DNA of 53,747 nucleotides from Lawsonibacter sp. (GCA_022799835.1 JAAWPF010000001.1:1-53747), one strand, 5' to 3'; numbered from the stretch's first letter, positions 45,067-53,747 are shown. A program made the numbers and translations. Notes: generated by a model not told the origin, from the letters alone.

Positions 45067-46005
45067 ATGGAAGACACGTTTGGCCGCAAGGTGGACTATC
45101 TCCGCCTGTCAGTGACCGATCTTTGCAACTATCGCTGCCGGTACTGTATGCCGGCGGAAGGGGTGTGCAAGCGGGGGCACGGGGAGATCCTCTCTGTGGA
45201 GGAGTGCGTGGAAATCGTCCAGGCGGCGGCCAAGTGCGGTGTAAGCAAAGTCCGGCTCACCGGCGGGGAGCCCCTGGTCCGCCGGGGCATTCTGGATATC
45301 TGCCGGGGCATCGCCGCCATTCCCGAAATTGAGGAACTGTGCCTGACTACCAACGGCTCCCTTCTGCCGGAGCTGGCCGCCCCTCTGCGCCAGGCGGGGG
45401 CAGACCGGCTGAATATCAGCCTGGACACCCTTCGGCCCCAGCGCTTCACCCATATGACCCGGGTGGGGCGGCTGGAGGACGTGCTCCGAGGGATGGACGC
45501 CGCAAGAGAGGCGGGGTTCCTCCACACCAAGCTGAATGTAGTCCTGATGAAGGGGTTCAACGACGATGAGATACCTGACTTTGTGGATATCGCCCGGCGC
45601 TTCCCCGTGGAGGTCCGCTTTATTGAGCTCATGCCCATCGGCGAGGGGGACAGCGAGCAGTTCCTCCCCGGCGAAGCGGTCCTGACGGCCTGTCCGGACC
45701 TGAGCCCCATTGAGGATTCCGGCGTGGCCCAGCGCTACCGCCCCTCCGTTGGACAGGGCCTGGTGGGGCTCATCCAGCCCATGAGCCACCGCTTCTGCGG
45801 CGGCTGCAACCGCATCCGGGTGACGGCGGACGGAAAGCTGAAGCCCTGCCTCCACGACTGTCAGGAGCTGCCCCTGCGAGGTCTCCACGGAGAGGAGCTG
45901 CTGCGGGCCGTTCAGCGGGGGATCGCCGCCAAACCGGAACGGCACTATATGGCAGAGACCGGACACAGTGAATCCGGCCGGAATATGAACCAAATTGGAG
46001 GCTGA
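45067..46005 (+). CDS. moaA: GTP 3',8-cyclase
   Basis: YLRLSVTDLCNYRCRYC, RLTGGEP, CGGCNRIR..GKLKPC, C-terminal IGG. Confidence 0.97.
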   Translation: MEDTFGRKVDYLRLSVTDLCNYRCRYCMPAEGVCKRGHGEILSVEECVEIVQAAAKCGVSKVRLTGGEPLVRRGILDICRGIAAIPEIEELCLTTNGSLLPELAAPLRQAGADRLNISLDTLRPQRFTHMTRVGRLEDVLRGMDAAREAGFLHTKLNVVLMKGFNDDEIPDFVDIARRFPVEVRFIELMPIGEGDSEQFLPGEAVLTACPDLSPIEDSGVAQRYRPSVGQGLVGLIQPMSHRFCGGCNRIRVTADGKLKPCLHDCQELPLRGLHGEELLRAVQRGIAAKPERHYMAETGHSESGRNMNQIGG

Positions 46006-46008
46006 ACT

Positions 46009-46488
46009 ATGGAAGAGCTGACCCACTTCAACGACCAGGGTCGGGCCCGGATGGTGGACGTGACAGACAAGGCGTCCACCCACCGCACCGCTGTGGCCCG
46101 GGGGGAAATCCACATGAACCGGGAGACCTTTGAGAAAATCCGGGCTGGAACCATCAAAAAGGGGGACGTGCTGGCGGTTGCCCAAGTGGCGGGCATCCAG
46201 GCGGCCAAGCACACTTGGGAGCTGATTCCCATGTGCCATCCCCTTCCCCTGACAGGCATTGACATCTCCTTCGCCCTGCTGGAGGACCCCTTCCGGGCGG
46301 AGATCACCGCTTCTGTCACCTGCACCGGGGTCACCGGGGTGGAGATGGAGGCCCTCACCGCCGTTTCGGCGGCGGCCCTGACCGTCTATGACATGTGCAA
46401 AGCGGTACAAAAAGACATGCGCATCGAGCACATCCGCCTGCTGTCCAAGTCGGGCGGTAAGAGCGGGGATTATCGGATCAAGGAGTGA
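46009..46488 (+). CDS. moaC: Cyclic pyranopterin monophosphate synthase
   Basis: [47 protein letters not shown]. Confidence 0.97.
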   Translation: MEELTHFNDQGRARMVDVTDKASTHRTAVARGEIHMNRETFEKIRAGTIKKGDVLAVAQVAGIQAAKHTWELIPMCHPLPLTGIDISFALLEDPFRAEITASVTCTGVTGVEMEALTAVSAAALTVYDMCKAVQKDMRIEHIRLLSKSGGKSGDYRIKE

Positions 46489-46493
46489 ATACC

Positions 46494-46928
46494 ATGGCAA
46501 ACGTTGTTTCTGTCAACATCAGCGGGAAAAAGGGGGAGCAGAAGCACCCCGTCCCTGAAATTCATCTGAAGCTGCGCCACGGCATCGTGGGGGACGCCCA
46601 CGCCGGGGACTGGCACCGGCAGATCAGCCTGCTGGCCGAGGAGAGCGTGGACACCATGCGCGCTGTCTGCCCCATCCCCCTGGACAGCGGAGTCTTTGCG
46701 GAGAACATCAACACAAAAGGGATTGACCTGAGAAATCTCCCGGTGGGCGCCCGTCTGCGTATCGGTGAGACCGAGGTGGAGGTCACCCAGATTGGCAAGG
46801 AGTGCCACAGCGACTGCGCCATCATGCGGGCGGTGGGCAAGTGCGTTATGCCCACTGAGGGCATCTTCGCCGTGGTGGTGAAGGAGGGCACAATCCGGGC
46901 CGGAGACGAGATTGAGGTGTTATTATGA
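46494..46928 (+). CDS. MOSC domain protein
   Basis: GIVGDAHAG.WHRQISLL, FAENI, TQIGKECH..C.I...GKCVMP.EG. Confidence 0.92.
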   Translation: MANVVSVNISGKKGEQKHPVPEIHLKLRHGIVGDAHAGDWHRQISLLAEESVDTMRAVCPIPLDSGVFAENINTKGIDLRNLPVGARLRIGETEVEVTQIGKECHSDCAIMRAVGKCVMPTEGIFAVVVKEGTIRAGDEIEVLL

Positions 46929-47944
46929 AGCTGATCCGCACCGAGGACGCGGTGGGGCACGTCCTTTGCCACGATATGACCCAGATTATCAAGGACCAGT
47001 ATAAGGATGCCCGGTTCCGCAAGGGGCACGTGGTGGCCCGGGAGGACATCCCCGTCCTGCTGTCCATGGGCAAGGAGCATCTGTATGTGTGGGAAATGAC
47101 CCCCGGGATGCTCCACGAGGACGACGGGGCTGCCCGTCTGGCAGCGTTATGCGCGGGAGAGAATATGGCCCTCTCCGAACCCAAGGAGGGCAAAATCGAG
47201 GTCTTTGCCCAGTGTGACGGCCTGTTTCTGGTGGACAGCCAGCGGCTCACCGCCGTCAATTCGGTGGGGGAGGTAATGATCGCCACCCGCCACGGCAATA
47301 CGGCGGTCCGCAAGGGGGACAAGCTGGCGGGAACCAGGGTGATCCCCCTGATTATCCCGGATGAGGTTGTGAAGCGGGCGGAGGAAGCCGCCGGGAAAGA
47401 ACCCCTTCTGTCCCTCCGCCCCTGGAAGCGCAAGACCGCCGCCATCGTGGTCACCGGCAGCGAGGTGAAAAAGGGCCGCATTCAGGACACCTTCTCCCCT
47501 GTGGTGGTGGACAAGCTGGCCGGCTACGGGGTGGAGACCCGTTCCGTCGTCCAGTCGGGGGACGGGGTGGAGCAGGTGGCCAACGCGGTGAACGAGGCCC
47601 GGGCCAGCGGCGTGGACATCATTGTCTGCACCGGCGGCATGAGCGTGGACCCGGACGACAGCACCCCCGGCGGCATCAAGGCGGCTGGTGCGGATGTGGT
47701 CTCCTACGGCGCTCCCGTCCTGCCCGGCGCCATGTTCCTGCTGGGATACTTCGACGACAGCACCCCCGTCATGGGCCTGCCCGGCTGTGTCATGTACGCC
47801 GGAGCCACCATCTTTGACCTGGTGCTGCCCAAAATTGTGGCCGATGTGCCCATTTCCCGGACCGATCTGGCCTCCATGGGAGAGGGCGGCCTGTGCCTGG
47901 GCTGCAAGCCCTGCCGCTATCCCATCTGCCCCTTTGGGAAGTAA
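46925..47944 (+). CDS. Molybdopterin-binding MoeA-like protein
   Basis: AVGHVLCHD, VTGSEV..G..D, TGGMSVDPDD.T, PVLPG, GLPGC, C-terminal CLGCKPCRYPICPFGK. Confidence 0.88.
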   Translation: MKLIRTEDAVGHVLCHDMTQIIKDQYKDARFRKGHVVAREDIPVLLSMGKEHLYVWEMTPGMLHEDDGAARLAALCAGENMALSEPKEGKIEVFAQCDGLFLVDSQRLTAVNSVGEVMIATRHGNTAVRKGDKLAGTRVIPLIIPDEVVKRAEEAAGKEPLLSLRPWKRKTAAIVVTGSEVKKGRIQDTFSPVVVDKLAGYGVETRSVVQSGDGVEQVANAVNEARASGVDIIVCTGGMSVDPDDSTPGGIKAAGADVVSYGAPVLPGAMFLLGYFDDSTPVMGLPGCVMYAGATIFDLVLPKIVADVPISRTDLASMGEGGLCLGCKPCRYPICPFGK

Positions 47945-47950
47945 GTGTGG

Positions 47951-47979
47951 TAAAAATAGCTGGTCTCCAGCTATTTTTA
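47951..47979 (+). terminator. Terminator before modA
   Basis: TAAAAATAGCTGG-tct-CCAGCTATTTTTA. Confidence 0.75.
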
Positions 47980-47985
47980 TAAAAG

Positions 47986-48036
47986 CGTTATTCTGTATCA
48001 AGTATAGCGAATCGTTATCCTTTTTCACGAATAACA
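47986..48036. promoter_or_regulatory. Tandem ModE-type boxes upstream of modA
   Basis: CGTTAT-N12-ATAGCG (47986-48009) and CGTTAT-N12-ATAACA (48013-48036). Confidence 0.75.
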
Positions 48037-48060
48037 AAACAGAGAAAGGAAGAATCCACC

Positions 48061-48843
48061 ATGAAAAAACTGCTATCCCTTGCCCTGGCCGCAGCGGCGG
48101 CCCTGACCCTTACCGCCTGCAGCTCCAAGCCCAAGGAGGTGGAGCTGCACATCTTTGCCGCCGCCTCCATGACCGAGACGATGGACCAGATCATCGAGAA
48201 CTACAAATCCGAAGTCCCCAACGTGACCATCATCCCCACCTATGACTCCTCGGGCACCCTGCTTACCCAGATCCAGGAGGGGGCGGACTGCGACCTGTTC
48301 ATCTCCGCCGCCCAGACCCAGATGAACACCCTGTACGAGGAGGGCGGCCTGCTGGCGGACACCAGGCTGGACCTGCTGGAAAACAAGGTGGCCCTGTCCG
48401 TCCCTGACGGCAACCCCAAGGGGATTGAGAGTTTTGACCAGCTGGCCAAGCTGCTGAAGTCCGGCGATGTGATGCTGGCCATGGGCAACAGCGATGTTCC
48501 GGTGGGCCAGTACACCCAGAAGATTTTTGCCTTCTACGGGCTGGACGAGAACGCCATGGCCACCGCCGGCGTCTTGACCTATGGCTCCAACGTGAAGGAG
48601 GTCACCACCCAGGTGTCCGAGGCCACCGTGGACTGCGGCATCATCTACGGCACCGACGCCGCCTCCGCCGGGCTGACCGTGGCGGACACCGCCACCGCTG
48701 AGATGTGCGGCCAGGTCATCTACCCCGCCGCCGTCCTGGGGAACAGTCAGCACCCAGACGAGGCCAAGGCCTTCCTGGCCTACCTCCAGACCGACGCCTG
48801 CGCTCAGATTTTTGAGGGGGTTGGCTTTTCCCCCATTCAGTGA
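48061..48843 (+). CDS. modA: Molybdate ABC transporter substrate-binding lipoprotein
   Basis: Lipobox LTAC, FAAASM, SSGTL..QI.EGA.CDLFISA, VPVGQY, NVKEV, YPAA. Confidence 0.95.
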   Translation: MKKLLSLALAAAAALTLTACSSKPKEVELHIFAAASMTETMDQIIENYKSEVPNVTIIPTYDSSGTLLTQIQEGADCDLFISAAQTQMNTLYEEGGLLADTRLDLLENKVALSVPDGNPKGIESFDQLAKLLKSGDVMLAMGNSDVPVGQYTQKIFAFYGLDENAMATAGVLTYGSNVKEVTTQVSEATVDCGIIYGTDAASAGLTVADTATAEMCGQVIYPAAVLGNSQHPDEAKAFLAYLQTDACAQIFEGVGFSPIQ

Positions 48844-48869
48844 TATAATAGCCGGAAAGGAGGGCCTCT

Positions 48870-49535
48870 ATGGACTGGTATCCTCTGATGAACTCCCTGC
48901 GCATCGCGGCCATCTCCACGGCGGTGGTGTTTTTTCTGGGCATCGCCGCCGCCCACTGGATTGCCAAGCTGCCTCGGGCGGTGAAGGGCGCGCTGGACGT
49001 GGTACTTACCCTGCCCTTAGTGCTGCCCCCCACGGTGGTGGGCTGGCTGCTGCTCCTCCTGCTGGGGCCCAAGCGGCCGCTGGGGGCCTGGGCCCAGAGC
49101 GCCCTGGGCCTCAAGCTGGTGATGACCTGGTGGTCTGCCATCTTCGCCACGGTGGTGGTGGCCTTCCCCCTGATGTACCGCACCGCCCGGGGAGCCTTTG
49201 AGAGTTTCGACCAAAATCTGGCCGACGCGGGCCGGACCCTGGGCCGGTCCAACGCATGGGTGTTCTGGCGGGTCCAGATGCCCTGCTGTAAGCAGGGGAT
49301 TTTAGCGGGGACCGTCCTGGCCTTCGCCCGGGGGCTGGGGGAGTACGGCGCCACCTCCATGGTGGCGGGCTACACCCCGGGCCGCACCGCCACCATCTCC
49401 ACCACCGTCTATCAGCTCTGGCGCACCAATGACGATGCGGGGGCCCTGCGGTGGGTACTCATCAACATCGCCATCTCCGCCGTTTTCCTGCTGTCCATCA
49501 ACCTGCTGGAGGCCCGGCAGAGAGCGGGGAGGTGA
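48870..49535 (+). CDS. modB: Molybdate ABC transporter permease
   Basis: LPLVLPPTVVG, FPLMYR, AGRTLG, FARGLGEYGAT. Confidence 0.96.
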   Translation: MDWYPLMNSLRIAAISTAVVFFLGIAAAHWIAKLPRAVKGALDVVLTLPLVLPPTVVGWLLLLLLGPKRPLGAWAQSALGLKLVMTWWSAIFATVVVAFPLMYRTARGAFESFDQNLADAGRTLGRSNAWVFWRVQMPCCKQGILAGTVLAFARGLGEYGATSMVAGYTPGRTATISTTVYQLWRTNDDAGALRWVLINIAISAVFLLSINLLEARQRAGR

Positions 49536-49539
49536 GGGC

Positions 49540-50586
49540 GTGTCACTGTCTGTTGACATCCAGAAGCAGTTGGGCAGATTCCGCCTTCAGGTCCAGTTCG
49601 AGGCGGACAACGAGCGGCTGGCCCTGCTGGGGGCCTCGGGCTGCGGCAAGTCGGTCACCCTGCGGTGCGTCGCCGGTATCATGACCCCGGACGAGGGGAA
49701 AATCATCCTGGACGGCACTACCCTCTTCGACAGCGCCGCCAAACTCAACCTGCCCCCCCAGCGCCGCCATGTGGGCTACCTGTTCCAGCAGTACGCCCTG
49801 TTTCCCAACATGACTGTGGAGCAGAACATCGCCGCCGCCGTCCGGGAGCGGTCCGTCCGGGAAGAGACGGTCTCCCGTCTGGTCCGGCAGTTTCACCTGG
49901 AGGCGGTGGCCGGGCAGCGGCCGGGGCAGCTGTCCGGCGGACAGCTGCAGCGGACGGCCCTGGCCCGCATCCTGGCCTCGGAGCCCAGGGCGCTGCTGAT
50001 GGACGAGCCTTTCTCCGCCCTGGACAGCTACCTCAAGTATCAGCTGGAACTGGAGATGATGGAGACTTTGGAGCAGTTTTCGGGCTCTGTCCTGTGGGTG
50101 TCCCACGACCGGGGCGAGGTCTTCCGCAACTGCCAGCGGGTGTGCGTCATCGACCGGGGGAAGTCCAGTCCGGCCCAGGATCTGTCTCAGCTGTTCCATG
50201 CCCCGGACACCGAGGCCGCCGCCCGGCTGTCGGGCTGCAAGAATTACGCCGACGCCCTGCCCCGGGGGGAGCAGGTTTTCCTCCCGGAGTGGAACCTGAC
50301 CTTGAACTGCGGCCGGCCGGTCCCGGCCGGGGTACGACGGATAGGCGTGCGGGCCCACTTTGTCCTTCCGGCGAAGGATTCGGGCGAGAATGTCTTTTCC
50401 TGTCAGGTCGTCCGGGTGGTGGAGGACGTGTTCGACACCATCGTGATCCTCCGCCCCGAGAAAGCCGCAGCCGGCGCTCCCCCCCTGCGGATGGAGCTGG
50501 ATAAGATGGCCTGGCGGACCATCCCGGAAAAGGAGCGGCTCGCCGTATCCATTGCGCCCAGAGATATCCTGCTATTTGAGCAATAA
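49540..50586 (+). CDS. modC: Molybdate ABC transporter ATP-binding protein
   Basis: GASGCGKS, LPPQRRHVGYLFQQYALFP, LSGGQ, LLMDEPFSALD; GTG start. Confidence 0.92.
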   Translation: MSLSVDIQKQLGRFRLQVQFEADNERLALLGASGCGKSVTLRCVAGIMTPDEGKIILDGTTLFDSAAKLNLPPQRRHVGYLFQQYALFPNMTVEQNIAAAVRERSVREETVSRLVRQFHLEAVAGQRPGQLSGGQLQRTALARILASEPRALLMDEPFSALDSYLKYQLELEMMETLEQFSGSVLWVSHDRGEVFRNCQRVCVIDRGKSSPAQDLSQLFHAPDTEAAARLSGCKNYADALPRGEQVFLPEWNLTLNCGRPVPAGVRRIGVRAHFVLPAKDSGENVFSCQVVRVVEDVFDTIVILRPEKAAAGAPPLRMELDKMAWRTIPEKERLAVSIAPRDILLFEQ

Positions 50587-50604
50587 AATCAGGAGGAATT
50601 CACT

Positions 50605-50955
50605 ATGATGATTGCCGCTGCCACCGACAAAAATGATATGACCGCCCTGATCCCAGACACTATGGAGAAGGCCGGAGGGGTAATGATTTTTGATTCGGAA
50701 ACCCATGAGCCGCCCCAGTATGTCACCGAAAATTTGGCAAAACATATTGTAGACGCCCAGTGCGAGGCTCTGCTGTGCGGTTTTATTTACGATCCTCAAT
50801 TCTTTGAGGCTATCGCGCAGGCGGGAGTCACCCGCTATTTGGCCGCGGGTCTGACGGTGGAGGAGGCGGTGGAAGCCATGAACGCCTACCAGCTGAGCAT
50901 GATCCAGGACTATGTAGGCGGCCCCGGCTGCTCCGGCTACGACCACGAAGCCTGA
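50605..50955 (+). CDS. NifB/NifX (FeMo-cofactor-binding fold)-like small protein
   Basis: MMIAAA..., CEALLCGFI...AGV..Y...TVEEAVEA pattern; AGGAGG RBS; follows modC. Confidence 0.7.
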   Translation: MMIAAATDKNDMTALIPDTMEKAGGVMIFDSETHEPPQYVTENLAKHIVDAQCEALLCGFIYDPQFFEAIAQAGVTRYLAAGLTVEEAVEAMNAYQLSMIQDYVGGPGCSGYDHEA

Positions 50956-51015
50956 CGGCGGCAGCCGCAATTTGCCCCGAGGCTGTTTCTTCCGCAAGCT
51001 GTTCTGACAAAATCA

Positions 51016-51115
51016 AAGCTGATCCGAACCTCCCGCCCATCGGCGTTAGATTCGGATCAGTTCGTTTTAGCGGAAAGAAAAACGCAAAATCCGAACCCAT
51101 TGGGTTCGGATTTTG
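51016..51115. terminator. Two related ATCCGAAC/TTCGGAT hairpins; the proximal one is the likely tRNA-Ala terminator
   Basis: CTGATCCGAAC...TTCGGATCAG (51016-51062) and CAAAATCCGAACCCA-t-TGGGTTCGGATTTTG (51085-51115). Confidence 0.65.
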
Positions 51116-51121
51116 GCTGTC

Positions 51122-51197
<76 letters not shown>

Positions 51198-51246
51198 ATC
51201 TGTTTTTCCGCTCTCAGAAAACCTCATCAAGTTTTACGCTGAAGGC

Positions 51247-51275
51247 ATTATACGATATTCAGACAAAAATGTCAA
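51247..51275 (-). promoter_or_regulatory. sigma-A promoter of tRNA-Ala
   Basis: TTGACA-17 bp-TATAAT. Confidence 0.85.
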
Positions 51276-51365
51276 GCCCTATCAAAAAATTGTTCTCGAC
51301 TGATTTTCCAAATTTTCCGGGAAAGCACAGAGACTTCATGTATAAAACATAAATCTGTTTTTTTG

Positions 51366-52586
51366 TTACCACCGCGCGTTGAACACATACTGGTCCAGTC
51401 GGGCAAAGGCCTCCTGGACACGGCTTAGGGGGAGAGCCAGATTCATGCGGATGTGGCAGGGACCATGGAAGGGCCTTCCATCCTGCCAGCCTACTCCCAC
51501 ATTCCAGCCGGCCTTTTGCAGCTCCCCGATGGTCTTTCCGTGCTTTTGGCACCACTGCGCGCAGTCCAGAAACAGCATATAGGTGCTCTGGGGCTTCGAG
51601 ACCCCCACTCCCTGAAAGTGCCGCTGTATATAATCACAGGCGAAATCCACATTTTCGGCGATGGTCTGGCACAGCTCATCGGTCCATTCCTCCCCCTCCT
51701 GGCTGTAAGCGCCGATCAGGGCGTGCATGGACAGCACATTCATGGAGTTGTAGTGGGACAGCGAGGACTCCTTGCGCATCCGTTCCCGGAGGTATCTGTT
51801 ATAAATGATGTGGTAGGCGCCAATCAAGCCGCCCAAATTGAAAGTTTTAGAGGGGGCGTAGAGTGCGATCGTGCGGTCCCGGGCATCCTGGCTGACGGAC
51901 TGGACTGGAATATGCCGGAAGCCGGGCCGGATAATATCCGACCATATCTCGTCCGAAACCACAAATACATCGTGCTTCCGGCACAGCTCCATAAACTGTT
52001 CTACCTCTCCCCGTTCCCAGGTCCGGCCTGTAGGGTTGTGGGGGGAACAAAAAATGGCGGTATGTATTCTGTGCGCTGTGATTTTTTGCTCCATGTCCGC
52101 AAAATCCATGCGCCAGGTTCCCTCCCCATCCTGTTTTAACGGGGAGAGGACCATGTGGTAGCCGTTATTTTCCAGGCTGCCGGTAAAGCCCACGTAGGTC
52201 GGCGAGTGGAGCAGGATACTGTCCCCCTTGGAGCACAAGACATTCACGGCGGAGACTACGCCACCCAGCACGCCATTCTCGTATCCGATGCAGCCCCGGG
52301 TCAAGCCGATCACTCCATTGCGCTTCTCATGCCACCGGATAATGGCGTTAAAATACGCATCCGAGGGCTGAAAATAACCGTAAGCCGGGTGCCGCGCCCG
52401 TTGGATGATGGCCTGTGTCACACTGGGCGCCGTGGCAAAATTCATATCGGCAATCCACATGGGGATAAAATCGAAGCCATCCTTGGGTGTCTCCGGCCTG
52501 CCGTTTTCAGCATTGTCTCCAATGCCGTCAACAGCCAGGGCGTCCCTGCCCCGCCGGTCCATAATGGTGGTAAAATCGTATTTCAT
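51366..52586 (-). CDS. MalY/PatB family PLP-dependent enzyme (cystathionine beta-lyase-like)
   Basis: PMWIADMNF, YGY, CSPHNPTGR, SDEIW, APSKTFN, RMNLA. Confidence 0.92.
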   Translation of the reverse strand: MKYDFTTIMDRRGRDALAVDGIGDNAENGRPETPKDGFDFIPMWIADMNFATAPSVTQAIIQRARHPAYGYFQPSDAYFNAIIRWHEKRNGVIGLTRGCIGYENGVLGGVVSAVNVLCSKGDSILLHSPTYVGFTGSLENNGYHMVLSPLKQDGEGTWRMDFADMEQKITAHRIHTAIFCSPHNPTGRTWERGEVEQFMELCRKHDVFVVSDEIWSDIIRPGFRHIPVQSVSQDARDRTIALYAPSKTFNLGGLIGAYHIIYNRYLRERMRKESSLSHYNSMNVLSMHALIGAYSQEGEEWTDELCQTIAENVDFACDYIQRHFQGVGVSKPQSTYMLFLDCAQWCQKHGKTIGELQKAGWNVGVGWQDGRPFHGPCHIRMNLALPLSRVQEAFARLDQYVFNARW

Positions 52587-53284
52587 CGGTCATCTTCCTC
52601 TCTTGCTCTCGGGCCCGCAATGGGCTTGAACTCTGGCTCTGGGTCAAGGGCCAGCTTGGTCCCTACACAGCGGTTGATTGGCGTACCCAGCCGGTAAAAT
52701 TTTTCCTCGTAGTCGGTCATGATCCCCTGTACACCCCCGCCATGCAGGTCTCGGGTCACTTCAGACAGGGCAAATCCCGCCTTGGGAAACTGGAACAGCG
52801 ACCATTCAAACAGGTCGCGGTTATCGCTTTTAAAGTGGAGCTCTCCTCCCTGCCGCAGGATTCCGCGGTAGAGGATCAGAAACTGCTCATGGGTCAGTCT
52901 CCGCCGGGCGTGCTTCATCCCCGGCCAGGGATCGCAGAAGTTGATATACAGCAGGTCCGCCTCATCCGGCGCAAAATACTCCCGCAGCCGGGCCGCGTCT
53001 CCGTCAATAAAAAAGATATTGGCCAACCCCTTGGCCTGGCACCGCTCCATGGCCGTAATCATGGCATCAGGCACCCGCTCCAGAGCTATATACAGCACAT
53101 CAGGGTTGCGCTGCGCTGTCTCCGACGAAAATTGTCCCTTTCCGCAGCCAATCTCCAGCCACAGCTGGCGGGCCTCCGGATATAATTCCCGCCACCTTCC
53201 CCGCATCTTAGCCGGATCCCGAATCAGCAGCGCCTCGCACCGCTCTATCCTTTCGTCCAGATTGGGTTTTTTTCTCATTCGCAT
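52583..53284 (-). CDS. trmB: tRNA (guanine-N7)-methyltransferase
   Basis: MRMRKKP, LEIGCGKG, INFCDPW..HARRRLT, FKSDN, MTDYEEKF. Confidence 0.96.
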   Translation of the reverse strand: MRMRKKPNLDERIERCEALLIRDPAKMRGRWRELYPEARQLWLEIGCGKGQFSSETAQRNPDVLYIALERVPDAMITAMERCQAKGLANIFFIDGDAARLREYFAPDEADLLYINFCDPWPGMKHARRRLTHEQFLILYRGILRQGGELHFKSDNRDLFEWSLFQFPKAGFALSEVTRDLHGGGVQGIMTDYEEKFYRLGTPINRCVGTKLALDPEPEFKPIAGPRAREEDDR

Positions 53285-53341
53285 CGCGCTTTCTCCTCTT
53301 CTCCCGAATTAAAAAATATTGTACCATATTCTATAGAACAC

Positions 53342-53370
53342 TTGCAATCCTTTTCAAAATATATTATACT
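53342..53370 (+). promoter_or_regulatory. sigma-A promoter upstream of the tRNA-Pro locus
   Basis: TTGCAA-17 bp-TATACT. Confidence 0.7.
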
Positions 53371-53424
53371 GTATGAGCGGCATCTCCTGGCGTTGTCGGC
53401 TTAAATGCTTGTGAATGTAACTAT

Positions 53425-53479
53425 CAGGGTGTTGTGCAGTTGGTAGCGCACCCGCTTTGAGAACAGGAGATCCAGGTTC
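53425..53479 (+). pseudogene. Degenerate 5' copy of tRNA-Pro
   Basis: 35 of 44 nt identical to the start of the tRNA at 53607; anticodon stem broken; GGTTC present but no acceptor 3' strand or CCA. Confidence 0.75.
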
Positions 53480-53606
53480 AGGCTGCGGTTTCCGGAAAGT
53501 CCGGAACGCCTTGGGACATACGGCCCCACGCAATTTTACCCCTCGCCGGCAACTGGTCAAAAACCGGCGTTGACCATATGTTTGACCACTGTTGAAAATT
53601 ACATAT

Positions 53607-53682
53607 CCGGGTGTAGCGCAGTTGGTAGCGCGCTTGCTTTGGGAGCAAGATGCCGGGAGTTCGAGTCTCCCCACTCGGACCA
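53607..53682 (+). tRNA. tRNA-Pro(TGG)
   Basis: CCGGGTG/CACTCGG acceptor stem, CTTGC-TTTGGGA-GCAAG anticodon arm, GTTCGA T-loop, CCA. Confidence 0.96.
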
Positions 53683-53747
53683 GAAAAAGAGGTCAAAAAA
53701 GATTTTTGGTGAAAAAACTGAGAGATTTCAAGACCTCAGAGGCCCTT

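Noticed and set aside
53425-53500. Functional tRNA-Ser(TGA) or suppressor tRNA
   Set aside because: The anticodon stem does not pair and there is no acceptor 3' strand or CCA; treated as a degenerate tRNA-Pro copy.

Overview
High-GC window from an anaerobic Clostridia-class genome; gene content and codon style suggest Oscillospiraceae (inference). From left to right: (1) a >2100-aa cyclic beta-1,2-glucan synthase/phosphorylase-like gene (minus strand, runs off the left edge, missing from the ORF track); (2) ylxM-ffh-rpsP-khpA-orphan-rimM-AI-2E transporter, with no trmD; (3) a chemoreceptor with a CZB-like domain between two TM helices; (4) a his operon led by a HisZ-HisG fusion, lacking hisD and carrying an inserted unknown gene; (5) an F0F1 ATP synthase operon with atpE and atpF apparently deleted (scar visible) and a delta-like domain fused to alpha; (6) a ThrE exporter pair, a DUF4397-like repeat protein, a SUV3-like helicase and a Cys-rich membrane protein; (7) a ~19.3 kb molybdoenzyme gene cluster (31613-50955); (8) tRNA-Ala(GGC), a MalY/PatB enzyme, trmB, a degenerate tRNA-Pro copy and an intact tRNA-Pro(TGG). 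The molybdoenzyme cluster is the best candidate for an undescribed system. It holds a Mop-type aldehyde oxidoreductase, an FAD/FeS/CCG oxidoreductase, a CxxC protein, a CoA-ligase-like enzyme, a radical SAM enzyme with Tes/MJ0619-like architecture, a methyltransferase, a phosphatase-HD fusion, a MocA-ModE(HTH) fusion, xdhC, moaA/moaC/MOSC/moeA-like, modABC and a NifX-like gene. A C-GCAxxG-C-C + CobW-type GTPase pair is transcribed divergently, and three ModE-type boxes are visible. No CRISPR array, integrase or transposase was seen. All family calls come from motif recognition by eye, not from database searches.
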